Part shown: positions 17,719-26,875 of the stretch, piece after piece
How positions within the stretch are numbered: position 1 is the first letter of the stretch
Layout: the number at the start of each line of letters is the position of its first letter
NCBI GenBank assembly: GCA_963764585.1
Contig: CAVXTB010000013.1
Coordinates: forward strand, 138,517-202,516
Length of the DNA stretch: 64,000 nt
Direction of reading: 5' to 3'
Origin: an uncultured Actinomycetes bacterium
GTDB lineage: Bacteria; Actinomycetota; Thermoleophilia; Solirubrobacterales; Solirubrobacteraceae
Notes under the pieces: generated by a model
Told to the model about the DNA's origin: nothing
Database searches by the model: none
Seen by the model: only the letters and a program-made list of their open reading frames with translations
Position numbers and translations under genes: made by a program

Positions 17719-18621
17719 CTAGAGGATCCGCGCGCCGAACGCGCTCGCCGCGAGCTCGACCGCCAGCGCCGCCGTGGCGTTCTCGCGGTCGAGGATCGGG
17801 TTGACCTCGACGATCTCGAACGAGCCAAGCAGGCCGGACTCCGCCACGAGCTCCATGGCGAGATGCGCCTCGCGGTACGACAGCCCGCCCCGCACCGCGG
17901 TGCCGACGCCCGGCGCGACGCCGGGATCCAGGGCGTCCATGTCGAGCGAGACGTGCACGAAGGCGGCGCCGGCCGCGCGCTCGAGTGCCGCGACGACCGC
18001 AGGCTCAATGCCGCGCCGGTCGAGCTCGCTCATCGTGTGGACGGCGACGTCGAGCTCGCGCAGCAGCGCGCGCTCGCCCTCGTCGAGCGAGCGCACGCCG
18101 ATCAGCGTGGTGCGCGCCGGCTCCAGCGCGGGCAGCGGCCACGCCTCGCTCTCGAACGCCGCCCCGCCCTGCCCCAGCGCCGCCGCCAGCGGCATCCCGT
18201 GCACGTTGCCGCTCGGCGTCGTCGCGGGCGTGTTGAGGTCGCCGTGGGCGTCGATCCACAGCACGGCGCCGGGTCCTCCGGCCACCGCGGCCAGCCCGCC
18301 GAGCGTGCCCAGCGCGATCGAGTGGTCCCCGCCGAGCACGACCGGGACGCGGCCCTCCCCCACCGCTTGGCCGACCCGGCGCGCGATGCGCTCGCACGTC
18401 GCGCGGATCTGCGGCAGGAAGCGCGCGGTCGGGTCGCCCTCGGCGGTCGCCTCTGCGACCTCGGTCGCGACGTTGCCCCAGTCGGCGCACTCCAGGCCCA
18501 GCGAGCCCAACCGCTCCTCGAGGCCCGCGTAGCGGATCGCGGACGGGCCCATGTCGACGCCCCGTCGGCCGGCGCCCAGATCGAGCGCTGCGCCGATGAT
18601 CGCGATGCTGCGGGCGGCCAT
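17719..18621 (-). CDS. rocF: arginase (canonical ureohydrolase motifs)
   Basis: GGDHSIALG, WIDAHGDLNTP, GMPLA and HVSLDMDALDP; 300 aa. Confidence 0.85.
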   Translation of the reverse strand: MAARSIAIIGAALDLGAGRRGVDMGPSAIRYAGLEERLGSLGLECADWGNVATEVAEATAEGDPTARFLPQIRATCERIARRVGQAVGEGRVPVVLGGDHSIALGTLGGLAAVAGGPGAVLWIDAHGDLNTPATTPSGNVHGMPLAAALGQGGAAFESEAWPLPALEPARTTLIGVRSLDEGERALLRELDVAVHTMSELDRRGIEPAVVAALERAAGAAFVHVSLDMDALDPGVAPGVGTAVRGGLSYREAHLAMELVAESGLLGSFEIVEVNPILDRENATAALAVELAASAFGARIL

Positions 18622-18663
18622 GGTGGGCCGATCCTCGCAGGGCCGGGCGCGTCGCGGTGAGGC

Positions 18664-18981
18664 TTATGCGGCGCGCCGGTCGTGGCGCTCGAGTACCTGA
18701 GCCGTCCAGGCAGCAAGCCGGCCTTCGAACTGCGGGTGGTCCCTCGCCACGCCGTTGAAGGCCCAACTCGTCAGGTCCATGAGCGCCTCGACCTGCGCTT
18801 CAGTCAGCGGCGGTCCCTCGCCGCGGTCGTGCAGCTCGCCGGCACGCAACGCCTCCCGGATGTGCCCGGGCATCCGATCCGCAGGCGGCCAGTCGACGTT
18901 GAGCTTCCTGTTCTCGTGCACGGCTGAGAGCCCTATCGGCCACGACGCCGCGGGACCTGAGCACTTCTGCAGAAATCGCAC
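18664..18981 (-). CDS. hypothetical protein
   Basis: 105-aa ORF with moderate GC3 bias and a GTG start 3 nt after the upstream stop. No recognisable motif. The real start may be the internal MPGHIRE. Confidence 0.3.
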   Translation of the reverse strand: MRFLQKCSGPAASWPIGLSAVHENRKLNVDWPPADRMPGHIREALRAGELHDRGEGPPLTEAQVEALMDLTSWAFNGVARDHPQFEGRLAAWTAQVLERHDRRAA

Positions 18982-18984
18982 GAG

Positions 18985-20055
18985 TTAGGGGTGGAAGCCG
19001 GGGAAGAAGCGCACGACCGCGCCGGTCGTGAACAGCGTCACGTAGAGCGCGCCCCCGGGCCCGATGGCGACGCCGAGCGGGTCCTGGTCGGCGAAGCCTG
19101 TCGCGAACGGCGACGGCGTGGCGTCGTAGCCGCCGCCCGGGCGGCGGCGCAGCGCGACCATCCGGACCTTCGGCGCCGAGACCGCACCCGGCACGATCGG
19201 GCCGTTCTCGGCGACGAAGGCGGTCAGCCCGCGCCCGCCCCAGTCGCTGGTCACCGCGACGCCGCCCACCCCCGCGTGGGCCGGCAGCCGCGCGAGCGGC
19301 GCGACCGTGCCCGCGCACGCCCTGCCGCCCTGGCCGTAGCACTCGGGAAAGCCGAAGTCCGGCGCCGCGTGCGTGACGTCGCGCACGAGATCGAGCTCGT
19401 CGGGTGGGCGCAGCGCGCCGAGGTCGTCGCGCGCGTCGTCGCCGACCAGCAGCGACGCCGTGCCCGGCACGAAGGCCAGGCCGTACGGCCCGCGCAGGCC
19501 CTTCGCCTCGATGCGCAGGTCGCTGCCGTCGCCCTTGAACGACACGACCGTGCCCGAGGTCTCGTGGCCGCCGGCCAGCGTGTCGTGCTCGGCGCCGACG
19601 CCGACGTACAGCCGCCCGTTCGGTCCAGGCACCATCGTTCCGAGCGCGTGGCGCCCGATCGAGAGCGCCGGCACCACGACCCGGCGATGGGCGAAGGCGC
19701 GCCCGTCGAAGCCCGAGAAGCGCGCGATCACGCCGGTGACCTGGCTGAGCGCGTAGGCGACATACAGCCTGCCGCGCAACCACGTCAGCCCGAGCGCCAT
19801 CCGCGTGCCGCGGATCACGTGCGCGGGCGGCGCGCCCGCGTGCGCGACGTACCAGACGCCGTCGCCGTCCTGGGCGAACGGGGCGCCCGAGGTGACCCAC
19901 ATGCCGCCGCGCGCGTCGAAGGCGAGGTTCGTCGCGTACGGGATGCCGGCGGCCACGAGCTGGCCGGGCGGCGCCGGCGCCGGCGCCGGCGCGCCGCGCG
20001 CCGCCGGCGCGAGGACGGCGGCAAGGACGGCGAGCAGTGCGAGGCCACGCCTCAC
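18985..20055 (-). CDS. secreted beta-propeller protein, soluble glucose/sorbosone dehydrogenase (GSDH)-like
   Basis: Signal peptide MRRGLALLAVLAAVLAPAARG. Repeated propeller-like blades (GRLYVGVG, GPYGLAF, GALYVT). Confidence 0.55.
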   Translation of the reverse strand: MRRGLALLAVLAAVLAPAARGAPAPAPAPPGQLVAAGIPYATNLAFDARGGMWVTSGAPFAQDGDGVWYVAHAGAPPAHVIRGTRMALGLTWLRGRLYVAYALSQVTGVIARFSGFDGRAFAHRRVVVPALSIGRHALGTMVPGPNGRLYVGVGAEHDTLAGGHETSGTVVSFKGDGSDLRIEAKGLRGPYGLAFVPGTASLLVGDDARDDLGALRPPDELDLVRDVTHAAPDFGFPECYGQGGRACAGTVAPLARLPAHAGVGGVAVTSDWGGRGLTAFVAENGPIVPGAVSAPKVRMVALRRRPGGGYDATPSPFATGFADQDPLGVAIGPGGALYVTLFTTGAVVRFFPGFHP

Positions 20056-20084
20056 CCCGCCGAGCCTACCGCCGCTCCGTCAGA

Positions 20085-21131
20085 TCACCAGTGCCGGCGC
20101 GCGAGCGCGCTGGCCACCGCGAAGTACGCCGGCTTGCGCGCGTAGCTCTCGTCGAACAGCGTCGCCGCTCCCTCGCCCTCGAAGAAGCCGGGCACCCAGG
20201 AGTGGCCGTCGTCCAGGCCCCACTCGGTGAACGAGACGCAGCGCCGCACCGCCACGCAGCTGCGCATCATCGCGCCGAAGTAGTCGGCCTGGGTGGCCAG
20301 CCTTTCGTCGGTCACCGGCAGGAAGAAGCGCACGTCGGCCTCGGTGACGGCGACGTCGACGCCGGCGGCCGCGAAGCGCTGGAGGTTCGCGCCGAACGTG
20401 TCCGGATAGGGGTACTGGGTGTCGAGGTGGCCCTGGAAGCCGACGCCGTCGATCGGGACGTGGCGGCGCCTGAGGTCCTGCACGAGGGCGAGCGCGGCGT
20501 CGCTCTTGGGGCCGATCGACTCGAGGTTGTAGTCGTTGTAGTAGAGCTTGGCGTGCGGGTCGGCCTGGTGGGCCCACTCGAACGCCTTGGCGATGTAGTC
20601 CGGGCCGAGCGCGCGCAGCCAGATCGTGTCGCGCAGGGTGCCGTCCTCGTTGAAGGCCTCGTTGACGACGTCCCACGCGTAGAGGCGCCCGCGGAAGTGC
20701 GAGACCTCATCGGTGATGTGCTGGTGCAGGATCTGCTCGAGCTGCGCGTTGGTGAACGTGCCCTGGGTCAGCCACTGCGGCAGCTGGCTGTGCCACACGA
20801 GCGTGTGACCGCGCACGATCTGGCGGTGCGCGCGGGCGAAGGCGACCAGCCGGTCGGCGGCACCGAAGTCGAGGACGCCACGCTGGGACTCGACGCTCTC
20901 CCACTTCATCGCGTTCTCCGGCGTGACGCTGTTGAACTCGCGCGCGAGCACGCGCGTGTAGGTCGGGTCGTTGCGCAGCGGGTCGTCGGCGACCGCGGTG
21001 CCGATCAGCGGGCGCGGAGCGAGGTCGCGCAGCCCGCTGGGACGGTGGGCCTGCGCGGCGGGGGCAGCGACGAGCAGCGCCACGACGGTGGCGAGCAGCC
21101 CCGAAAATTTCGACGCGTTCTCGATCATCAC
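20085..21131 (-). CDS. GH10 endo-1,4-beta-xylanase, secreted
   Basis: Signal peptide followed by NSVTPENAMKW, HTLVWHSQLPQW, WDVVNEAF, YYNDYN and VAVTEADV. Confidence 0.9.
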   Translation of the reverse strand: MMIENASKFSGLLATVVALLVAAPAAQAHRPSGLRDLAPRPLIGTAVADDPLRNDPTYTRVLAREFNSVTPENAMKWESVESQRGVLDFGAADRLVAFARAHRQIVRGHTLVWHSQLPQWLTQGTFTNAQLEQILHQHITDEVSHFRGRLYAWDVVNEAFNEDGTLRDTIWLRALGPDYIAKAFEWAHQADPHAKLYYNDYNLESIGPKSDAALALVQDLRRRHVPIDGVGFQGHLDTQYPYPDTFGANLQRFAAAGVDVAVTEADVRFFLPVTDERLATQADYFGAMMRSCVAVRRCVSFTEWGLDDGHSWVPGFFEGEGAATLFDESYARKPAYFAVASALARRHW

Positions 21132-21214
21132 AGTCGCGTATATCGCACAGATCCCGGGGATTGAAACGTCGAAAGTTCTCCGAAAGCTCTGGTAGGGTGC
21201 CCACCGTGTCCACC

Positions 21215-22204
21215 ATGGAACGCGTCACGATCGCCGACATCGCCGACGCGGCGGGCGTGTCCGTGCCGACCGTGTCGAAGGTCGTCAACGGGCGCTCGGA
21301 CGTGGCCCCGGCGACGCGCGAGCGCGTCGAGCGGCTGCTGCACGAGCGCGGCTACCGCCGCCGCGCGCCGTCGCGCGAGCGGCGCCCCGCACTGCTCGAC
21401 GTCGTCTTCAACGAGCTCGAGAGCCCGTGGGCCATCGAGATCATCCGCGGCGTCGAGGAGGTCGCGCGCGAGCACGAGCTCGGCGTCGTGCTCTCCGCGC
21501 AGGAGGGCCCCGGCGCGCTCGGGCGCTCATGGGTCGACGCGGTCGCCTCGCGCCGCACGGCGGGCGTCGTGCTCGTCGTCTCCGAGCTCAGCGAGGAGCA
21601 GGCGGCACGGCTGACCGCTCGCCGGATCCCGTTCGTCGTCGTCGATCCCGCCGGCGAGCCCGCGCCCGACGTGCCCTCGGTCGGCGCCACCAACTGGAAC
21701 GGCGGCCTCGTCGCCACCCGCCACCTGCTCGAGCTGGGCCACCGGCGCGTGGGCCTCATCTGCGGCCCGCTGAAGATGCTCTGCAGCCGCGCGCGCCTCG
21801 ACGGCTACCGCGCCGCGCTGGAGACCGCGGGCATCGCCGTCGACCCCGCCCTCATCCGCGAGGGCGACTTCCACGTCCCGCGCGCCTACGAGGAGGGCCG
21901 CGCGCTGCTGACCCTGCCCGAGCCGCCGACCGCGATCTTCGCCGGCTCGGACCTGCAGGCCTTCGGCCTCTACGAGGCCGCGCGGGTCCTCGGTCTGCGC
22001 GTGCCCGAGCACGTCAGCGTCATCGGCTTCGACGACCTCCCGATGGCGCGCTGGGCCTGGCCGCCGCTGACGACGATCCGCCAGCCGCTGAGCGAGATGG
22101 CGGCGACGGCGACGCGGCTCGTGCTCGGCCAGGGCGGCGAGAAGCGCGTCGAGCTGGCCACGAGCCTCGTCGTGCGCCAGAGCACGGCGGCGCCGCCGGC
22201 GTGA
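21215..22204 (+). CDS. LacI-family transcriptional regulator
   Basis: MERVTIADIADAAGVSVPTVSKVVNG HTH plus a periplasmic-binding-fold core. Start chosen at residue 19 of the track ORF. Divergent from the xylanase gene. Confidence 0.9.
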   Translation: MERVTIADIADAAGVSVPTVSKVVNGRSDVAPATRERVERLLHERGYRRRAPSRERRPALLDVVFNELESPWAIEIIRGVEEVAREHELGVVLSAQEGPGALGRSWVDAVASRRTAGVVLVVSELSEEQAARLTARRIPFVVVDPAGEPAPDVPSVGATNWNGGLVATRHLLELGHRRVGLICGPLKMLCSRARLDGYRAALETAGIAVDPALIREGDFHVPRAYEEGRALLTLPEPPTAIFAGSDLQAFGLYEAARVLGLRVPEHVSVIGFDDLPMARWAWPPLTTIRQPLSEMAATATRLVLGQGGEKRVELATSLVVRQSTAAPPA

Positions 22205-22205
22205 C

Positions 22206-22667
22206 CTAGGGCAGGCCGTCGCAGGCCAGCCGCTGGTTCTTGTAGCGCGGATCGTCGGTGACTTCGCGGCCCACCCACGGCGGCGCCGCGAACGCGTCGG
22301 CGTCGTCCTCGGAGGCGAACTCGACCTCCGCGACGACGAGCCCGGCAAGCGCTCCGGCGTAGACGTCGAGCTCGAGCGTCAGCCCGCCGCCGGCGTCGAT
22401 CTCGTAGCGCGTCTTCTCGATGCGCCGGCCCTCGGTCAGCGGCCACAGCCGCTCGAAGCGCTCGGGCTCGATCGCGAGCTCCTCCTCCACGCGCGTGCGC
22501 GAGGCGCCGGACTTCACGGTCAGCGTCGCCGCGCCCGCGTGGCGACGCACCCGCACCTCGGTGCCGTCGCCGGCGATCGCCAGGTAGCCCTGCTCGATGG
22601 CGGCCGACGGCCAGCGATCGAGGTCGCCGGGCGGCTCTGCGACGAGGAACTTGCGCTCGATCTCGAT
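22206..22667 (-). CDS. CYTH (triphosphate tunnel metalloenzyme/CyaB-like) domain protein; start codon unresolved
   Basis: The track ORF starts at GTG 22556, but the in-frame upstream sequence IEIERKFLVAEPPGDLDRWPSAAIEQGYLAIAGDGTE carries the CYTH ExExK motif. There is no ATG/GTG/TTG between it and the upstream TAG (22716-22718). Confidence 0.65.
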   Translation of the reverse strand: MEIERKFLVAEPPGDLDRWPSAAIEQGYLAIAGDGTEVRVRRHAGAATLTVKSGASRTRVEEELAIEPERFERLWPLTEGRRIEKTRYEIDAGGGLTLELDVYAGALAGLVVAEVEFASEDDADAFAAPPWVGREVTDDPRYKNQRLACDGLP

Positions 22668-22836
22668 GGCGCAACCGTAGCGCCAGCCGGTGGCGAGCCG
22701 TACGTCGACGTGGGGCTACCTGCACAGGGCGGTTGCGCTAGCTGGCCTGCGAAGAGGCATGGGGGCCGCATCGTCGGCCGGTGGCGCCGAGACGACACTG
22801 CAACGAGTCACCCCACTCTCTCTCGTGAGGAACCAA

Positions 22837-25029
22837 GTGCACACCAACACGTTCGCCGGGCGGATGGGCCGATGGAGCGCCCAGCACCGCAAGAAGGCCA
22901 TCTGGGGCTGGATCGCGTTCGTCGTCGTCGCCTTCGTCATCGGCAACGCCGTCGGCACGCAGCAGCCTGACCACCAGGACTACATCGGGCAGTCGGGCCA
23001 GGCGGCCAAGCTGTTCGACAACCACTTCCCAAAGAAGGACGAGGAGCAGGTCATCGTCCAGGCGCCCAAGGGCGGCCACGCTACTGATGCCTCCGTCCGC
23101 AAAGCCGTCGGCGAGACGATCGCCGCGGTGTCGGGCAAGCCCGGCGTAACCGAGATCGATTCCCCGTACACGAAGGGCAACGAGGGCCAGATCTCCAAGG
23201 ACGGCCGCTCGGTGCTCGTCGAGTTCTCGATCAAGGGCGACGACGAGGCGACGCAGGATCTCGTCGACCCGACGATCGCCGCGGTCGCGAAGGTCAAGGC
23301 CGACAACCCGAACGTCTTCGTCGGGCAGTTCGGTGGCGCCAGCGCCGAGAAGGCGATCAGCAAGGCCCAGAACGACGACTCGTCGAAGTCGATGATGCTG
23401 TCGCTCCCGGCCACGCTGCTGATCCTGCTGATCACCTTCGGCGCGCTCGTGGCGGCCGGTATCCCGCTGCTGCTCGGCCTGACCGCCGTCCTCGGGACGC
23501 TCGGCCTCGTCGCCGGCGTCAGCCACATCGTGCCGATGGACAACACGGTCACCGAGGTCGTCCTGCTCGTCGGCCTGGCCGTCGGCGTGGACTACTCGCT
23601 GTTCTACCTGCGCCGTGAGCGCGAAGAGCGGGCACGCGGCGCCAGCAAGCTCGACGCGGTGCACACCGCCGCGGCAAGCTCCGGGCGGGCCGTGCTCATC
23701 GCCGGCTCGACGGTCATGGTCGCGATGGCCGGGATGTTCTTCGCCGGCCTGAGCATCTTCACCGCGCTGGGCATCGGCTCGATCATGGTCGTCGCCGTCG
23801 CGATGATCGGCTCGGTCACCGTGCTGCCTGCCGTGCTCGCGTCGCTCGGCGATCGCGTGGAGAAGGGCCGGATCCCGGTGCTGCACCGCCTGCGCCGCAA
23901 CGGTGGCGACAGCCGCGCGTGGGGCTGGATCCTCGACAAGGTCCTCAAGCGCCCCGCCGTCTCGGCCGTGATCGCGACCGCGCTGCTCGTCGTCATGGCG
24001 CTGCCCGCCTTCGGCATGCAGACGGTGCTCAGCGGCAACGACGACTACTCGCGCAAGCTCGAGGTCATGCAGGTCTACGACCGCATGCAGGCCGCCTTCC
24101 CCGGCGGGCAGGTCCCGGCCGTCGTGGCCATCGAGGCCAAGGACGTCACCACGCCGCAGATCGCCGCGGCGACCGAGAAGCTCGGCGACAAGGCGATCGC
24201 GACGGGCAAGTTCAACGCGCCACTCAACGTCGACGTCAGCCCCGACAAGCACGTCGCGATGATCTCGATCCCGATGCAGGGCGACGGCACGAACAAGCCG
24301 TCCCAGCAGGCGCTCGACACCCTGCGTGGCGGCATCGTCGACGACACGGTCGGCCAGGCGCCGGGCGTCGATCACGCCTACATCACGGGCGAGACCGCCG
24401 GCACGCAGGACTTCAACAGCCTGCTGAGCTCCAAGGCACCGATCGTGTTCGCGTTCGTGCTGACGCTCGCGTTCCTCCTGCTGCTGGTGACGTTCCGCTC
24501 GATCGTGATCCCGATCAAGGCGATCGTGCTGAACCTCCTGTCGGTCGGCGCGAGCTACGGGCTGCTGACCTGGATCTTCCAGGACGGCCGCTTCCAGGAC
24601 CTGCTCGGCTACGAGTCCAACGGCGGCATCGCCAGCTGGCTGCCGATCTTCCTGTTCGTGATCCTGTTCGGGCTCTCGATGGACTACCACGTGTTCATCC
24701 TCACGCGGGTCCGCGAGGCGTTCGATCGCGGCATGAAGACCGAGGACGCGGTCGCGCACGGGATCAAGGCGACCGCCGGGACGGTCACGAGCGCAGCGAT
24801 CGTCATGGTCGTCGTGTTCGGGATGTTCGCCACCGAGAGCGGGATCGAGATGAAGGAGCTGGGCGTCGGCCTGGCCGCCGCGATCCTGATCGACGCGACG
24901 ATCGTCCGAGCCGTGCTGCTCCCGGCCGCGATGAAGCTCCTGGGCAAGTGGAACTGGTACCTGCCCAAGAAGCTCGACTGGCTGCCGAAGGTCAGCCACG
25001 AGCCGGCCGCCGTGCCCGCCGCGGCGTAG
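22837..25029 (+). CDS. MMPL-family (RND superfamily) membrane transporter
   Basis: ~730 aa with two 6-TM bundles and MMPL-type N-terminus FAGRMGRWSAQHRKKAIWGWIAF. Start set at GTG 22837, preceded by GAGGAA. Confidence 0.9.
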   Translation: MHTNTFAGRMGRWSAQHRKKAIWGWIAFVVVAFVIGNAVGTQQPDHQDYIGQSGQAAKLFDNHFPKKDEEQVIVQAPKGGHATDASVRKAVGETIAAVSGKPGVTEIDSPYTKGNEGQISKDGRSVLVEFSIKGDDEATQDLVDPTIAAVAKVKADNPNVFVGQFGGASAEKAISKAQNDDSSKSMMLSLPATLLILLITFGALVAAGIPLLLGLTAVLGTLGLVAGVSHIVPMDNTVTEVVLLVGLAVGVDYSLFYLRREREERARGASKLDAVHTAAASSGRAVLIAGSTVMVAMAGMFFAGLSIFTALGIGSIMVVAVAMIGSVTVLPAVLASLGDRVEKGRIPVLHRLRRNGGDSRAWGWILDKVLKRPAVSAVIATALLVVMALPAFGMQTVLSGNDDYSRKLEVMQVYDRMQAAFPGGQVPAVVAIEAKDVTTPQIAAATEKLGDKAIATGKFNAPLNVDVSPDKHVAMISIPMQGDGTNKPSQQALDTLRGGIVDDTVGQAPGVDHAYITGETAGTQDFNSLLSSKAPIVFAFVLTLAFLLLLVTFRSIVIPIKAIVLNLLSVGASYGLLTWIFQDGRFQDLLGYESNGGIASWLPIFLFVILFGLSMDYHVFILTRVREAFDRGMKTEDAVAHGIKATAGTVTSAAIVMVVVFGMFATESGIEMKELGVGLAAAILIDATIVRAVLLPAAMKLLGKWNWYLPKKLDWLPKVSHEPAAVPAAA

Positions 25030-25054
25030 GCCGAGCGACGCACGTGCCGCACCC

Positions 25055-25092
25055 GAGCCCCGCGGGCGTCAGCCCGCGGGGCTCTTGCTTTG
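25055..25092 (+). terminator. intrinsic terminator after the MMPL gene
   Basis: Perfect 12-bp stem gagccccgcggg / cccgcggggctc with a 6-nt loop, followed by ttgctttg. Confidence 0.65.
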
Positions 25093-25128
25093 CGCAATCC
25101 CTCGGTGCCGCGGCGCCGTATTCCTCGT

Positions 25129-25821
25129 ATGGCAGGGATCACCGAGGCAGAGCTCGCGGCGCTCGCCGACGACGCGCTGCCGGCGGATCGCCGCGCCGAG
25201 GTCGAGGCGGCGGTGGCGGCCTCGCCCGAGCTGGCGCGGCTGTTCGCGGTGCAGGTGCACGCGGCGCGTGTCGTCAGGGCGGCCGCCGCGTCGCTCTCGG
25301 CTCCCGAGCGTCTGCGCGAGGCAATCCCTGCGGCCCGCGCCGCCCGTACTACTTGCATGCAGCTCATGCCACACGCGCCGGCGGTCCAGCGCCGCGCACC
25401 GTCCGTGTCGTGGTCGCTCGCGACCCGAGTGCTCGGAGCTCTGGCCACGCTTGCGGTCGGGGCGGTGCACCTCCAGCAGTACTTGAAGCTGTACTCGGAG
25501 GTCCCCACCATCGGGACGCTCTTCGTCCTGAACTTCGTCGGCGCGACGGTCATCGGCCTCGCGCTACTGGCTCCCATCGAGCGCATCGCGGGGCGGTTCG
25601 GCGGCGTCGCGGTAGCGGTGCTCGCCGCGGCCGCCATCGGGCTCGCCGCCACCTCGTTCGCGTTCCTGCTCATCAGCGAGCGCACGCCGCTGTTCGGCTT
25701 CCAGGAGCCCGGCTACGACCCGACGGGGATCGCCGCGGCGCGCGCCAGCGAGATCGCGACGGTGGTGCTGCTGGGCGCCTTCCTCGTCGCACGAACCACC
25801 CAGAACAGGAGATCACCATGA
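25129..25821 (+). CDS. membrane protein with anti-sigma-like N-terminus lacking the HxxxCxxC motif, plus a 4-TM C-terminal domain
   Basis: MAGITEAELAALADDALPADRRAEVEAAVAASPELARL..., followed by hydrophobic segments (GALATLAVGAVHLQQY, TLFVLNFVGATVIGLALL and others). Confidence 0.5.
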   Translation: MAGITEAELAALADDALPADRRAEVEAAVAASPELARLFAVQVHAARVVRAAAASLSAPERLREAIPAARAARTTCMQLMPHAPAVQRRAPSVSWSLATRVLGALATLAVGAVHLQQYLKLYSEVPTIGTLFVLNFVGATVIGLALLAPIERIAGRFGGVAVAVLAAAAIGLAATSFAFLLISERTPLFGFQEPGYDPTGIAAARASEIATVVLLGAFLVARTTQNRRSP

Positions 25822-26312
25822 AGGGACTGCTCACCATCGGCGCCGTGGCGGCGTCACTGGCGCTCGCCGCCTGCGGAGGCGGCGGCTCGTCGGACTCGGC
25901 CGCGCCGGCCACCGCCGGCACCACCGTCGCGATCAAGTCGATCGACGGCATCGGCGACGTGCTGGTCGACCCGGGCGGCAAGGCGCTGTACAGCTCCGAC
26001 GTCGAGGCCGATGGCAAGGTGCGTTGCACCGGCGCCTGCACCTCGTTCTGGACGCCGCTCACGACCGACTCGGCGAAGCCAACGGCATCGGCCGACGCCG
26101 GCAAGCTCGGCGTCGTCAAGCGGCCGGACGGCGCCAGCCAGGTCACCGTCGACGGCAAGCCGCTGTACACGTTCACCGAGGACGCGCCGGGCAAGGTCGC
26201 GGGCAACGGCTTCTCCGACGCCTTCGACGGCCGGCACTTCACGTGGAGCGCGGTGCTCGCCGGCGGCAAGTCCGCAGGCACCGCGGCGCCCGGGAACGAC
26301 TACGGGTACTAG
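25818..26312 (+). CDS. lipoprotein, COG4315-like secreted repeat protein
   Basis: Lipobox LALAACGG. Repeats GKALYSSD...CTGACTSFWTP and GKPLYTFTEDAPGKVAGNG. ATGA overlap with the upstream gene. Confidence 0.7.
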   Translation: MKGLLTIGAVAASLALAACGGGGSSDSAAPATAGTTVAIKSIDGIGDVLVDPGGKALYSSDVEADGKVRCTGACTSFWTPLTTDSAKPTASADAGKLGVVKRPDGASQVTVDGKPLYTFTEDAPGKVAGNGFSDAFDGRHFTWSAVLAGGKSAGTAAPGNDYGY

Positions 26313-26329
26313 CGCGTCGGACAAGGGAG

Positions 26330-26875
26330 ATGGACGGGCTGTCGGACGAGGCTTTGCTCGCCGGTCTCGGCTCGGGCGACCACGAGGCCGCCGCGGCGTT
26401 CGTGCGCCGCTTCCAGGGTCGCGTCTACGGGCTGGCGTTGACCATGCTCCGTGATCCTGGTGCGGCCGACGAGGTGGCGCAGGAGACGTTCGTGCGCGCC
26501 TGGCGCCACGCCGACACCTACGACGCACGTCGCGGCCGCGTGCCCACGTGGCTGCTGACGATCGCGCGCAATCTCGCCATCGACCGCGCGCGGCTGCGGA
26601 CGCCGACGCCCGTCGACCCCGACGCGATCGCCTCCGAGCTGGACCTCGCCGGCGCGGGCGCGCCGGTCGACGTCGCCGAGCGCGAGCGCGTGCGTCGGGC
26701 CGTCGGCAGCCTGCCCGACGACCAGCGGCGCGCGCTCGTGCTCGCGATGTACGCCGGCAGGACCGCGCGCGAGATCTCAGAGCTCGACGGCGTGCCGCTC
26801 GGGACGGTCAAGACGCGGATCAGGGCCGCAATGCTCAGGTTGCGCGAGGCGTTGGGGGTCGAACATGAGCTGTGA
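26330..26875 (+). CDS. ECF-type RNA polymerase sigma-70 factor
   Basis: Region 2 DEVAQETFVRAWRHADTYD...WLLTIARNLAIDRAR. Region 4 LPDDQRRALVLAMYAGRTAREISELDGVPLGTVKTRI. Confidence 0.9.
   Translation: MDGLSDEALLAGLGSGDHEAAAAFVRRFQGRVYGLALTMLRDPGAADEVAQETFVRAWRHADTYDARRGRVPTWLLTIARNLAIDRARLRTPTPVDPDAIASELDLAGAGAPVDVAERERVRRAVGSLPDDQRRALVLAMYAGRTAREISELDGVPLGTVKTRIRAAMLRLREALGVEHEL

Noticed and set aside
21132-21214. LacI-type palindromic operator between the xylanase and LacI genes
   Set aside because: The region contains GAAACGTCGAAAG and a CGAAAG direct repeat, but I could not find a clean 14-20 bp inverted repeat. Too weak to call.
22690-22836. Long N-terminal extension of the MMPL gene (track ORF start 22690)
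   Set aside because: The extension overlaps the CYTH gene region and reads as junk (MASRTSTWGYLHRAVALAGLRRG...). A GTG at 22837 with an upstream GAGGAA gives the typical MMPL N-terminus.
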